NCBI GenBank assembly: GCA_016186145.1
Contig: JACPMF010000004.1
Coordinates: 345-64,344, forward strand
Origin: Candidatus Sungiibacteriota bacterium
GTDB taxonomy: Bacteria > Patescibacteriota > Minisyncoccia > Sungbacterales > SURF-37
Length of the DNA stretch: 64,000 bases
Reading direction: 5' to 3'
Below the pieces are notes generated by a model that had not been told where the DNA came from, did not search any database, and saw nothing but the letters and a program-made list of their open reading frames with translations. This document shows, in pieces, positions 1 to 10,110 of the stretch. A program made the translations under genes and the position numbers. Position 1 is the stretch's first letter; each line of letters begins with the position of its first letter.

Positions 1-873
1 GGTGCTGCGAACCGCATTTTTCAGCTCTTCGCGCCTCCGCTCGCCCTCTTCATCCGAAACCCCGGTATCCGCGGTAGACTCAAGAACACTAAAGTAAACT
101 CGGATACCAAGCATTCTGGTAAACTGCACCATCGTAAGCGGGTCGATACCGGCGTTATTCACGCCGTCCGTAAAAAGCACGATGATCATATTCCGCATTC
201 GTCCGATTTTCTTCACAACGAGTTCCGGATATCTCCAATTACCCTTCTCCAAGCCTTCGCGCAAAAGAAACCGGTCAATGTCATGATTCTGAAATTCCTG
301 ATCAAGCATGGAAGAAAGACAGGTAAAAATTCCTTCGCCGATTGATGTATAATTTCCTACAACACCGGGATTCGCTCCCTTGATTTGCTGTTTGATAAAA
401 TCGGCATTTTGGGTAGGCCGGACCAGAATCGTTGCATCTCCGTTTTCCGGACCATAATCCTTCCCGCCGTAGACCGTGACCGTGATGAAATCGGTTGTAG
501 CGCGTTTTTCAACAAATGGCATGGTAACCTCTTTAATCACCTCAACCGAAGAACGGCCTGTTTTACTACGGGTTGTTGCGCGCATGCTGTAAGAAAAATC
601 AAGCGAGATGCATTTGATTCTTCCCTCGATAGCGATCCCTTCCGTTGGAACACTTTTTACCGGTCCCGCGAGTGCTACAACCGCAAGAAATGCGACTGAA
701 AGCCAAAAAATTTTCGGAACAATCCTGGTAAAAAAGAAAAGAACCGATTTTGATTTCCCGATACTGGTACTCGAAACAGATACCGCCCTCGCCCGCTCCA
801 TCCTCTTTAAGAAAAAAAAGAGGAGGAGAAACGGGACGGTCGCAAGAAGCACGAGGCTCTGCGAAAACGCCAT
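1..873 (-). CDS. vWA-domain protein (BatA-like), 3' end outside window
   Basis: Manual translation from ATG at 873: MAFSQSLVLL..., two N-terminal hydrophobic segments, MIDAS-like LDFSYS...T...VLFTDG; follows MoxR/DUF58/BatD-like genes; not in ORF track because truncated by the window edge. Confidence 0.8.
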   Translation of the reverse strand, partial: MAFSQSLVLLATVPFLLLFFFLKRMERARAVSVSSTSIGKSKSVLFFFTRIVPKIFWLSVAFLAVVALAGPVKSVPTEGIAIEGRIKCISLDFSYSMRATTRSKTGRSSVEVIKEVTMPFVEKRATTDFITVTVYGGKDYGPENGDATILVRPTQNADFIKQQIKGANPGVVGNYTSIGEGIFTCLSSMLDQEFQNHDIDRFLLREGLEKGNWRYPELVVKKIGRMRNMIIVLFTDGVNNAGIDPLTMVQFTRMLGIRVYFSVLESTADTGVSDEEGERRREELKNAVRST

Positions 874-968
874 ATTCTCCTCCTTTTCAAAGGACGATAT
901 TTAACTTAAGCTCTACATTATTTTTAGTAAGTAGTCAACCCCTTTTAGAGATCCGGTTCTTCTTTGGG

Positions 969-2483
969 TTAAAAAGGCACTGGGGGCCAAACGGATTCTG
1001 AAGAAGAACGCCAGGACGACTTGCTTCGCAAAAAAGAACCGGCTTTCGAGATCATCCCCTCCGGAAGCGAAACAAATTTGTCGCCAGTCTCCGAAAGCGA
1101 GAGCGCCCGATCGCACCACCGAAGAAGATCGGTTACCGGCAAAACGTAATCCTTCCCGAACTTTTCCTCAAGCAGTGCCGCCATTTCATCGGCGCTTTTG
1201 GCCTGCGCTTCTTCATTCAGCATGCCGAGACCAGACCCTACAAGAGCAACAAGGCGTTCGCGGAAGATTTTCACCCCCCGCTCGCTCAAATTTCCGCCAT
1301 TCCATACCGGATTAAGAAAGGACACGAGCTCTCGGGAGGCCCTGCGAAAAGAAACGGGTTTCACTCTTTTCGTTTTTTCTCCGCGAAAAACACCGGCTCT
1401 CCTGCCAAAGAGCAACACTGCTCCCAGAAGGAAAAACCCGATGCTGGCGGCAAAGAGTCCATAATCAAAAAAGTAGACGGTGAACGCATTCCGCTCTCTC
1501 CGCTTCGGAAACACCGGGCCGTCAAGACGCCGGTCATTTCCGGAGAGACGGGAAGCGATAAAAAATTCTGGTACGGCGGCGGAAACCGACTTCGGCTCCG
1601 CATATCCGCCGGTCGATCCTGCGCCAGCGCCTGAAGCAACATACCAGACCTTAACAGGGGGGAGCCGAACCGGTTTCCCGGCAGTCTCATAGTAAGCGAT
1701 GCGATATCGGTAAAGCGCGAGAGCGTAATTTCCAGAACGAACCTCTTCGCTGCTCCGCCCAAGAACCGTAAAGGGCTTGACGTCAGGAGCTTCCGGATTG
1801 AACGCGGAATCCTTTCTTGCCTCAAGCGACTTCAGCCATCGCTTTACTTCCGCTTTCGCCGCTTCAGAAGCTTTCTCATCTTTCAAAACGCCGATAAATT
1901 GATTCAAAATCTTTACGCCATCGCTTGCGATACGGGCAGTCAATTCGACTTCTTCTCCAAGATGAAGGACTTTCGGAGAAGCAGAAACCGAAACTTTGAG
2001 CAAAACCCGCTCAACTTTCCACGGTCCGATTTTTGCTTTTTTCGTCACTACCCGTTCGCCGTCTTGCCAAGAATAGGAAACGGCGAACGCAGGAATAGCC
2101 ACTAACCCGGAAAGCTTTTTGTCTTCAAGCTGAAGAACAATACTAACCGGCCGTTCGTTCACGAATGCTTCTCTGCTTCTCCAACTCGGCTGCTCGGGAC
2201 CGACGTTTGCTTTTACGACCTTGAAGGGCGCCAGCTTCAGCTTTTCAGGAACAAGCTCGTCCCAATGAACATTAAAAAGCTGATCATACGCAATAACCCC
2301 GTCAAGCATAATGAGTTCTCCCGATACAAAACGTTCCGGCCGTGCGGACAGATCGACCTCAAAAAACTTGGGAACGAACCGTTCCGCCCCCGGCTGTCTC
2401 TTGTCATCGGTTTCCGCCGCCAAAACGGAGGTGGCTGAAGCAAGAAGCAACAGTGCTCCGCAAAGCGCCCTCAACCCACCCAT
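969..2483 (-). CDS. BatD-like exported/membrane protein of MoxR operon
   Basis: Signal peptide, beta-rich repeats, TM helix near C-terminus, operon context. Confidence 0.55.
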   Translation of the reverse strand: MGGLRALCGALLLLASATSVLAAETDDKRQPGAERFVPKFFEVDLSARPERFVSGELIMLDGVIAYDQLFNVHWDELVPEKLKLAPFKVVKANVGPEQPSWRSREAFVNERPVSIVLQLEDKKLSGLVAIPAFAVSYSWQDGERVVTKKAKIGPWKVERVLLKVSVSASPKVLHLGEEVELTARIASDGVKILNQFIGVLKDEKASEAAKAEVKRWLKSLEARKDSAFNPEAPDVKPFTVLGRSSEEVRSGNYALALYRYRIAYYETAGKPVRLPPVKVWYVASGAGAGSTGGYAEPKSVSAAVPEFFIASRLSGNDRRLDGPVFPKRRERNAFTVYFFDYGLFAASIGFFLLGAVLLFGRRAGVFRGEKTKRVKPVSFRRASRELVSFLNPVWNGGNLSERGVKIFRERLVALVGSGLGMLNEEAQAKSADEMAALLEEKFGKDYVLPVTDLLRWCDRALSLSETGDKFVSLPEGMISKAGSFLRSKSSWRSSSESVWPPVPF

Positions 2484-2485
2484 GG

Positions 2486-3325
2486 CTATCTCCTTTCACG
2501 CTCTCGTGCCGCAAAAAACTCCTCAAAGGCCTCGTCCCAATCTTCCCGGGAAGCAGAGGCGCTGACAGCAATAAAGGGCAGATTCAGCGAGCGGAATACG
2601 CCTTCAATTTCATTTCCATTCGCGGAGCCGGAAACAAAACAGCGCTCTCCCGACTCGGATGAATAAAGAAGAATGTCTCCAAAAAACCATGGAAGCCTGC
2701 CTTCTCGCGCATCCGCCACAACAACGGGGACGATATCAAGACCGGAAATCAGGCACCGCCTCAACTCTTCTTTGAAATCTCCCGTGTCATACCAGTCTGA
2801 AAATACGAAAGTGATCTGGGGTTTCCGGCCCATGGTACGAAGATATTCAAACAGTTTCGCCGGCCTCGTTGGAGGAACAGCGGCGGGAAGAATGGAAAGA
2901 TCGGCAAGCCGCTTTCGGGCCCTTACGCTACCGCTCAACGGCGGGAGATACGAGTCAACCTTCGAAGACCAAAGAAGAAATCCAACCTCGTTTGCGCCTT
3001 CCGAAAACCCCTCAGCAAGTTCACTGACGATTGCAAGCATCGCCAACCGTCGCGTCTCGTCTCCGAGGCTCGCTTCCATTGACGGAGTCCAGTCAAGCGC
3101 AAAGAGAATCCGCAGAGTGCGCTCCGCTCGCTTTACCCGAAGAAAAAATCTTTTATAAAGAGCGCTTCGCAGCGGATCAAAAGATGAGGAGGCAGGATGG
3201 TCTCCGGGCTGGAGCCGCCTTACCTCCTCAAGGTCGAAACCAACAAGCTCTTTTTGGTTTGACGGAAAACGCCCGGTTACCGATGTCTCTGCAAACCTCT
3301 TGAGCCGAAGCCGCGTTCTCTTCAC
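2486..3325 (-). CDS. DUF58 family protein (MoxR-associated vWA-like)
   Basis: G.DLEEVRRLQPGD motif, LDWTPSM, FVFSDW; overlaps MoxR stop. Confidence 0.8.
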   Translation of the reverse strand: MKRTRLRLKRFAETSVTGRFPSNQKELVGFDLEEVRRLQPGDHPASSSFDPLRSALYKRFFLRVKRAERTLRILFALDWTPSMEASLGDETRRLAMLAIVSELAEGFSEGANEVGFLLWSSKVDSYLPPLSGSVRARKRLADLSILPAAVPPTRPAKLFEYLRTMGRKPQITFVFSDWYDTGDFKEELRRCLISGLDIVPVVVADAREGRLPWFFGDILLYSSESGERCFVSGSANGNEIEGVFRSLNLPFIAVSASASREDWDEAFEEFFAARERERR

Positions 3326-4329
3326 GGCGAACTCCGTGATACCGGGACGCTCGCGAGGGCGGCCGCAATAACTTTATCGTTAGTTAGGCCCTTGCCCACG
3401 GCATCGGTATTCAAAAAGAACTTGCCGCGAAGAGCGGGATACGCCGCCTGCTTCACATGCCGCGGCAGCACCACAGACTCGCCTTCCAAAAAAGCGTAAA
3501 TCCGGCTTACCGTCTTAATGTCCTCAACACCGCGAACCGACGGGCTCGCCGGCATGCCGTTGATATCAAGAACAACGAAACCGGACTTGCGAATCCACTC
3601 GACAATTGCGCTTGCATACTCGACAAGCCAAGAACCCTCGTGAAAGTACGGGCGATACCAGTCAAAAATTCTGCCGGCGTACTCCAGAAGCTCCTCTGGC
3701 GTGAAAACCTTCTCAATCACGATCTCGCGCATCTTGCGATCTTCGGACGAGGCCGCGATTTTAAGGAGTTCAATATGGACAGGAAAATCGACACGAATCT
3801 TCACCAGGAAACGCTCGGCGAGCGCTTCGGGAATTTGGTACGTTCCGGTCGTCTCAATCGGATTAATGTCGGCTACCACGAAACGAAAATCAGGGAGACG
3901 GACAAGATCGCCTCGATAAGAAGAAACCCCTTCTTCCATGGCCGACATGAGATAGCTTTGGGTTTTTTCCGCTCCGCGGTTAAGCTCGTTTGCAAAGAAA
4001 ATTTCTGCATCAAGAAGCGGGCCGGGATCGATCCGCAGCCCCACTTCATGAGGCGAAACGGTGTGCGTCAGGTCATCTGGCATAAGGTTTGCATTAAATG
4101 GCAGCTTTCTAAAACGAGCTGAGACAACCGCGGCAATCGCCTCGATTGTCGTGGTCTTGCCAAGCCCCGGAGCGGACTCTACGAGAGCGTGCCCCTTGCC
4201 AAGCATCGCGACAAACGCATCGCGGACGAAATCATCGAGACCAATCACCACTTTCCCGATTTCTTTTCTTGCGCGCGAATATTTCTCCTGGAATTCTTCA
4301 CACATGCGGCGGAAATCTGCCTCATCCAT
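3322..4329 (-). CDS. moxR: MoxR family AAA+ ATPase
   Basis: GHALVESAPGLGKT Walker A, LMPDD, ANELNR, NPIET.GTY.IPEALAERF. Confidence 0.9.
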   Translation of the reverse strand: MDEADFRRMCEEFQEKYSRARKEIGKVVIGLDDFVRDAFVAMLGKGHALVESAPGLGKTTTIEAIAAVVSARFRKLPFNANLMPDDLTHTVSPHEVGLRIDPGPLLDAEIFFANELNRGAEKTQSYLMSAMEEGVSSYRGDLVRLPDFRFVVADINPIETTGTYQIPEALAERFLVKIRVDFPVHIELLKIAASSEDRKMREIVIEKVFTPEELLEYAGRIFDWYRPYFHEGSWLVEYASAIVEWIRKSGFVVLDINGMPASPSVRGVEDIKTVSRIYAFLEGESVVLPRHVKQAAYPALRGKFFLNTDAVGKGLTNDKVIAAALASVPVSRSSP

Positions 4330-4442
4330 GGCCTTCTCCTTCTTTCAATGTTTTTTCAAAGTGCTCCCTTGTGAAAAAGCCCCGGAAGGACCCAAAAGAG
4401 GCGGCGAAAAGCCGGCTCCTTAGGGATAGAGTCGACTCCTCC

Positions 4443-4510
4443 GCGACTTACAACTTACAACCCGCGACTCACAACTTGTTGTTGGTCGTTAGTTGTTGGT
4501 TGTTAGTCAC
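4443..4510. repeat. inverted heptamer tandem repeat (CAACTTA-type / GTTGGTT-type)
   Basis: cgactta caactta caacccg cgactca caacttg followed by gttggtc gttagtt gttggtt gttagtc. Confidence 0.7.
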
Positions 4511-4590
4511 GAAGGTTTGCCCTTTCCTTTCCAGGACCCTTTGAACAAGGTTATTTGCCACAAGCATACCCCAACATACGGTTATGTCAA

Positions 4591-4711
4591 CCCCGTTAGA
4601 AGTAGTGCGCGTGCTCGTGGATTCATCGATATGCATTACTACCGGATGTATTTACCAGCTTCGTTTTATCGGTTTTGTGAAAAGAATTCGCGCACGCGAC
4701 TTCTAACGGGG
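4591..4711. mobile_element. CCCGTTAGA-family miniature inverted-repeat element, copy E1
   Basis: TIR CCCCGTTAGAAGT / ACTTCTAACGGGG flanked by TCAA direct repeats (4587-4590, 4712-4715). Confidence 0.75.
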
Positions 4712-4775
4712 TCAACCCATCCCCGTCATCCTTGTTGCTTCCCAAACCCGCATATTGTATAGGTATGAATAACCA

Positions 4776-5873
4776 ATGACAAAAGACAGCGACCAGAAAA
4801 AATTTCTCAATGCCCTGCTTTCAATTCCTGGAGTCGGGTACGATACGATCCAAAAAATAAAAGAGCGATTCCACTCTTATGAGAAAGCGTGGAATGCGTC
4901 CGGAGGAAAACTGACGAGCGCGGCAGTCGATGAAAAAACGGCCGACGCCATTGAGCGCGGAAAGAAAACAATCAATCCGGACCAAGAAATGCTGCGGCTT
5001 GAGAAAACAAAGATTATCCTTTTAGAAAAAGATGATCCCGCTTTCCCGAAAATCCTCCGGGAAATACCGTCGCCTCCGCTTTGGCTCTATAAAAAAGGGG
5101 CTGTTCCGGAAGATGAAGAAATGGTCGCAATTGTCGGCAGTAGAAAAGCAACATCATATGGAAAAGAAGCAACGGGAAAAATTATCTCCGGGCTTGCGGC
5201 AAAAACGTCGGTGGCCGTCATAAGCGGCCTTGCAATAGGAATTGACGGAGAAGCGCACCGCGCCGCAATCAAACACGGCCTTCGCACCATTGCCGTTATC
5301 GGCACGGGGCTTGATGAGAACTCGTTTTTTCCGCCTCAGCACTTAACGCTTGCGCGTGAAATTGTAGAACGGGGCGGAGCAATACTTTCCGAATATCCGC
5401 TTGGCATGCCGGCCCTCAAACAAAACTTTGTACAAAGAAACCGGCTCATCGCCGGACTTGCAAAAGGGACGCTCGTAATCGAGGCGGCTGAAAAATCGGG
5501 GGCCCTCATTACCGCTCGTTTTGCCCTTGAACAGGGAAAATCGGTGATGGCGGTTCCCGGATCGATCTTCTCTCCGTATTCAATCGGAACGAATTCTCTT
5601 ATTCGGGAAGGAGCCCGCGTCGTTATCTCGGCCGATGACGTAATAGACGAGTTGAATCTCGAAACCAAGGCCGAAGACATCCGGACAAACAATAAAAACC
5701 GGTTGACAGATGATAAAGAAAAGACTATTTATGAAAGCTTGGACAGGCCGCTAAAACTCGACGAACTTATTGAAAAACTCAATTTTCCCCTTTCCGATAT
5801 TATTTCCGGTCTTTCAATGCTAGAATTGAAAGGAATGGTCAAGAACGTCGGCGGAGAGTGGATCAGAATGTGA
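4776..5873 (+). CDS. dprA: DNA-processing protein DprA
   Basis: VAIVGSRKAT, VISGLAIGIDGEAH, RNRLIAGL, EAAEKSGALITA; upstream of topA. Confidence 0.97.
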   Translation: MTKDSDQKKFLNALLSIPGVGYDTIQKIKERFHSYEKAWNASGGKLTSAAVDEKTADAIERGKKTINPDQEMLRLEKTKIILLEKDDPAFPKILREIPSPPLWLYKKGAVPEDEEMVAIVGSRKATSYGKEATGKIISGLAAKTSVAVISGLAIGIDGEAHRAAIKHGLRTIAVIGTGLDENSFFPPQHLTLAREIVERGGAILSEYPLGMPALKQNFVQRNRLIAGLAKGTLVIEAAEKSGALITARFALEQGKSVMAVPGSIFSPYSIGTNSLIREGARVVISADDVIDELNLETKAEDIRTNNKNRLTDDKEKTIYESLDRPLKLDELIEKLNFPLSDIISGLSMLELKGMVKNVGGEWIRM

Positions 5874-5931
5874 GCGCAAAATCAAAACACAAAAATTAAA
5901 CACAAAAATTTTACATTTTTGAATTTATTTT

Positions 5932-8169
5932 ATGAAGCTCCTCATTGTCGAATCTCCCGCTAAAGCAAAAACTATTTCAAAATATCTGCATGGAGAATAT
6001 ACCGTCCGCGCAAGCATCGGGCATATTCGAGATTTACCAAAATCAAACAAAAAAGCCATAGACGTAGCCGCCGGTTTTATTCCCCACTACGAAATTGTAA
6101 AAGGAAAAGAGCGGGTCGTGGACGAGCTTTCCTCTCTTTCGAAGGAAGCCGATGAGATAGTACTGGCAACCGACCCTGATCGCGAAGGAGAGGCCATCGC
6201 GTGGCATGTAGCCCAGGCTCTTGGCCTTGAAAACTCTAAGCCCGCCCCTCAGGTCCCGAACCCCGGGTCGAGGAAAACCCCAAACCCCAAACCGAAAGTG
6301 GAGCGAGTTGTTTTCAACGAAATAACCCAACGAGCTGTTCAAGAAGCAATGACCCATCCGCGTTCAATAGATATGAAGCTCGTTAGCGCCCAACAAGCGC
6401 GCAGAGTTCTCGATCGCCTCTTCGGGTACGACCTCTCCGGCCTCATATGGAAAAAAGTCCGTTACGGTCTTTCTGCGGGCCGGGTGCAATCGCCCGCACT
6501 TCGCATTATTGTCGAGCGCGAACGGGAAATCCGCGCCTTCGTACCGGAAGACTACTGGGTCATCTCCGGACAGTTCCAAACACCCCGGAAAGAAATTCTT
6601 GTTCTCATGTGCGCCGAAGAACCGAAAACCGAGAAAGAGGCCCTGCGCATAGTCAGCGCCGCAAAAGAAGGCTCATGGCATATTATTTCCGTGACGGAAA
6701 CAGAAACGAAACGCTCACCGCGACCGCCCTTTATAACCTCAACTCTCCAACAGACCGCAAGTTCTCGTTTTGGGTTCTCTCCTTCATACACCATGTCAAT
6801 TGCGCAAAAGCTCTATGAACAAGGGCATATCAGCTATATGCGGACCGACAGCCCGATTTTAAGCCAGGACGCCCTACCCGCGATTTACGCCGAAATTGAA
6901 AAAGCATATGGCGCCAACTTTCTTTTGCCGAGAACCTACACCGCAAAGTCAAAAACGGCCCAGGAGGCGCATGAAGCAATCAGGCCGAGCAATATAAAAG
7001 CAAAAACAGCAGGGTCGACTCCCGAACAAAAAAAACTTTATGCGCTCATTCGCGAACGAACTCTCGCCTCACAGATGGCGGACGCAAAAATTCTTCGAAC
7101 AAAAATATCAGCCAACATCGCCGAATCCAAAGAATCAATACCGGATTTTTCGATAAACGGCAGTATCATGGCTTTTCCGGGATGGCTGCAGGCCGACCAA
7201 ACAGCCAAAGGCGAGGAACTTGAACTTCCGAAATTGAAGGAGGGTGACCCGCTTATACTGCAAGACATCGCGAGTGAAGCAAAAAAAACAGAACCGCCGG
7301 CGCGTTATACAGAGGCCGGACTCGTAAAAGAACTTGAACGGCGAGAAATCGGGCGCCCTTCAACCTACGCAACGATATTAAAAACCCTTCAGGACCGCGG
7401 CTATGTAGAAAAATTGGGCAGGGCGTTAAAACCAACGGACACCGGCGAGGTGGTAAGCACGTTCCTCGAAGAAAATTTTTCTTCTTATATCAGCGACTCT
7501 TTCACGGCGGAAATGGAAAATGACTTGGACGAAATTGCCGACGGTAAACGAGAGTACGCCAAAACCCTGCGTGATTTTTACGGCCCGTTCACGAAGGAGG
7601 TTAAATCAAAAGAGAAAATAGCAAAGCTCACAAACCTCGGAGAAGCTCCGAAAGAATTCCCCTGCCCGGTCTGCGGGAGCCCTATGATAATAAAACTTTC
7701 CCGGACCGGAAAATTCTTGAGCTGCAGCCGCTTCCCAAAGTGTCATGGCGCAAGGAAAATAGATGGCACGGTGCTCGAAGCGCCGAAAGAAACCGGCGAG
7801 ATGTGCCCTGAATGCACGGAAGGCAAACTGATTGAACGCGAAGGACGTTTCGGAAAATTCATCTCTTGCAGCAACTATCCAAAATGCAAATACATTAAAA
7901 AGAGCGCCGAGGAAGAGGCGCGGGCAAAAACCGGAGTCCAATGCCCGAAGTGCAAAGACGGTGAAATCGTTGAACGAAGGGGCCGCTTTGGACCGTTTTT
8001 CAGCTGTTCAAATTATCCAAAATGCGACTTCGCCATAAAAGCGCGGCCAACCGGAACCGTTTGTCCGCTTTGCAGTTCGCTCATGATGGAAGGAACCAAA
8101 ACAATTCCTGAAAGATGTAGCAGCAAAAATTGTCCGAATCACAATCCACACTTGGCTCAAAAAACTTAG
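5932..8169 (+). CDS. topA: DNA topoisomerase I
   Basis: LIVESPAKAKTI, ATDPDREGE, SAGRVQS, YMRTDS, C-terminal zinc ribbons. Confidence 0.98.
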   Translation: MKLLIVESPAKAKTISKYLHGEYTVRASIGHIRDLPKSNKKAIDVAAGFIPHYEIVKGKERVVDELSSLSKEADEIVLATDPDREGEAIAWHVAQALGLENSKPAPQVPNPGSRKTPNPKPKVERVVFNEITQRAVQEAMTHPRSIDMKLVSAQQARRVLDRLFGYDLSGLIWKKVRYGLSAGRVQSPALRIIVEREREIRAFVPEDYWVISGQFQTPRKEILVLMCAEEPKTEKEALRIVSAAKEGSWHIISVTETETKRSPRPPFITSTLQQTASSRFGFSPSYTMSIAQKLYEQGHISYMRTDSPILSQDALPAIYAEIEKAYGANFLLPRTYTAKSKTAQEAHEAIRPSNIKAKTAGSTPEQKKLYALIRERTLASQMADAKILRTKISANIAESKESIPDFSINGSIMAFPGWLQADQTAKGEELELPKLKEGDPLILQDIASEAKKTEPPARYTEAGLVKELERREIGRPSTYATILKTLQDRGYVEKLGRALKPTDTGEVVSTFLEENFSSYISDSFTAEMENDLDEIADGKREYAKTLRDFYGPFTKEVKSKEKIAKLTNLGEAPKEFPCPVCGSPMIIKLSRTGKFLSCSRFPKCHGARKIDGTVLEAPKETGEMCPECTEGKLIEREGRFGKFISCSNYPKCKYIKKSAEEEARAKTGVQCPKCKDGEIVERRGRFGPFFSCSNYPKCDFAIKARPTGTVCPLCSSLMMEGTKTIPERCSSKNCPNHNPHLAQKT

Positions 8170-8349
8170 AAAAAATTTTGTGTCAAAAATCTTGCTATAG
8201 CAGGATTTTTGACCACTGAAAATTTTGCTGTGGGATAAATAGAAAAACGCCCGATAAATGGGCGCTTTGTGACTTTTATGTCCGTTCCAGACGTGACGGA
8301 ATTTGATTTCTCCTTGATTCAAGAAAAAACGCCCCTCGGGCGTTTTCGA

Positions 8350-8568
8350 CTATCGAGACAACACAAACCCTTTCCATTCGTCGCTTAGTCCCCCGCCAAG
8401 CTCGGGCGGAAAGACAACCATTCGGCTTCTGTCGGCATACTTACGAAGATAGCCCTCATAAGAAACCTCTTCAGTGTAACCGCATCGGGTATTTGTACAG
8501 CGCGCACCACGAGCCCTCGCATCATGAACTAAATACCATTCTTGGCATCTCGGACAACGATCAGTCAT
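8350..8568 (-). CDS. small zinc-ribbon hypothetical protein
   Basis: CPRC...CTNTRC; preceded by GGGAG SD-like sequence. Confidence 0.55.
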   Translation of the reverse strand: MTDRCPRCQEWYLVHDARARGARCTNTRCGYTEEVSYEGYLRKYADRSRMVVFPPELGGGLSDEWKGFVLSR

Positions 8569-8583
8569 GGCATCTCCCGACTT

Positions 8584-9033
8584 TCACTTTCCATCGCCGA
8601 CAAAATGCCTCACGAACTTTATGAAAAACGCTTTCTGACGAGCGGCCGTCATAAGAAGAAGATGATATTTCTTTGCATCGAGGGGGCCCGGCTCCAATCC
8701 AAGCGCCTTAGGAATGACAAAATCACACCCCAAAACCGGACAGTAGTTCAACTCTCCACAGCCGAAATTATTGTCGAGTTCCTCATCATAAACCCTTTCC
8801 AGTGGCTGGGGGTTTGAATGACGACCACAGTGACCTCGAGTGCCACCCACAGTTATCCTGACCATCACTCCCCCCATTTTAGAACCTAGTTGACGGAACA
8901 ATAATGTGCGGGTCGGGACTATTTCTACCGGCAAGCCATAAAGGATAGTCCTCTTCAACTTTAGTATAAGGATCAAGCCCAGCCGCTTTCCGAATTTGGT
9001 TAACGCTTTCTTGAAAAACTTCGCCAAGCTCAA
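8584..9033 (-). CDS. hypothetical protein (true start probably near 8877 or 8863)
   Basis: Co-oriented with neighbours; N-terminal part of the called ORF overlaps the Q-salvage gene. Confidence 0.4.
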   Translation of the reverse strand: MSLAKFFKKALTKFGKRLGLILILKLKRTILYGLPVEIVPTRTLLFRQLGSKMGGVMVRITVGGTRGHCGRHSNPQPLERVYDEELDNNFGCGELNYCPVLGCDFVIPKALGLEPGPLDAKKYHLLLMTAARQKAFFIKFVRHFVGDGK

Positions 9034-10045
9034 CGGTAGCCAGACGAGTCTCTACCACCATGGCGCTTCCATCTTCCAAAACTTCTTGGTTACGAATCTT
9101 TTGCTGCAATTCCGGGGAAAACTTCAATGCCCCGATTTCTGGACTCGACAGAGCTTTCGGCAACTCGTAGTCGGCAGGAAGAATAAGAAATTCCGTACCC
9201 TTTAACCGCGTAAGCACTGAAGACGAGCGAGCTCTTCCTTCATACATCTGCGCAAAAAGATGCGCTCGCTTAAAGAACGGAAGCGGCGGGCCAAACCCTC
9301 CGCCGGGAAGCGGAAGACTTGTGTATACATCATAGAACGACTCAAAACTAGCGATGACCTCAACCACTCCCCTGCCGTTATCAAAAGCCCTGAACGAAGA
9401 GCCGCGAAAGACGTTTATCCATTGGTCGTCAAAATCCTGAAGCCGCAACGCGCTTTCGTAAAGCAACGACCGCCGCTCTCGCAACATGGGAATTACATTA
9501 AGCGGCGGGACGCCACGAAAGACGTTCGCCGCGCGCTTCAAATTCCATTCCCTTAAATCTCGAAGAAACTTCGGATCAGTAATCGGCAATCCCTCTTTAA
9601 GCGCGCGCCTTAAGCAAGCGGTCATAGCGGTGGCACCGCTGTGAAGACGCGCCGGCTGCTCATGGATCAAACAGCGATACACTCTCTTTTTCTCATCAAC
9701 CTTTTCGTAATGTCGAAGATCCTGCCCACAGGCCCGGCATTCCGGCCACAGGGTCTGAAACTTGGTCTTTGTAACCGCATCGGTGAAATAAAAATTGATG
9801 GTATCAACCATGCCAAGAAACTGTACAAACTCAAGATCGTCTTCCGGGTAAATACCATCGCGCCACGACGGAGCCACGAGTTCCTGCAAGGCAATCTTTT
9901 CGGCAAACTCCCGCATCTTGTCAAAGTGCGGCCACGCATAAAAACGCGGGTAGTTTGAATAAGCGCTCAGCCGCAAAAGATATGGATTCATCCCGTTAGA
10001 AGCAGGTCGCGGTAACGCCTCATTTCTATTGCTCCTATCTGTCAT
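8879..10045 (-). CDS. queuosine salvage family (DUF2419/QNG1-like) protein
   Basis: DTINFYF, KRAHLF, PADYELPKAL, ETRLATV, DYPLW motifs; native start likely ATG 9991, alternative start 10045 inside repeat element E2. Confidence 0.8.
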   Translation of the reverse strand: MTDRSNRNEALPRPASNGMNPYLLRLSAYSNYPRFYAWPHFDKMREFAEKIALQELVAPSWRDGIYPEDDLEFVQFLGMVDTINFYFTDAVTKTKFQTLWPECRACGQDLRHYEKVDEKKRVYRCLIHEQPARLHSGATAMTACLRRALKEGLPITDPKFLRDLREWNLKRAANVFRGVPPLNVIPMLRERRSLLYESALRLQDFDDQWINVFRGSSFRAFDNGRGVVEVIASFESFYDVYTSLPLPGGGFGPPLPFFKRAHLFAQMYEGRARSSSVLTRLKGTEFLILPADYELPKALSSPEIGALKFSPELQQKIRNQEVLEDGSAMVVETRLATVELGEVFQESVNQIRKAAGLDPYTKVEEDYPLWLAGRNSPDPHIIVPSTRF

Positions 10046-10110
10046 TGTTTTGCCTCCTGTCTTCCATATCCCGCTGATTTTTAGAGCTGCGACCGCGGCT
10101 TCTAACGGGA
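9991..10110. mobile_element. CCCGTTAGA-family element, copy E2 (at start codon of Q-salvage gene)
   Basis: TCCCGTTAGAAGC / GCTTCTAACGGGA with TTCA duplicated at 9987-9990 and 10111-10114. Confidence 0.8.
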
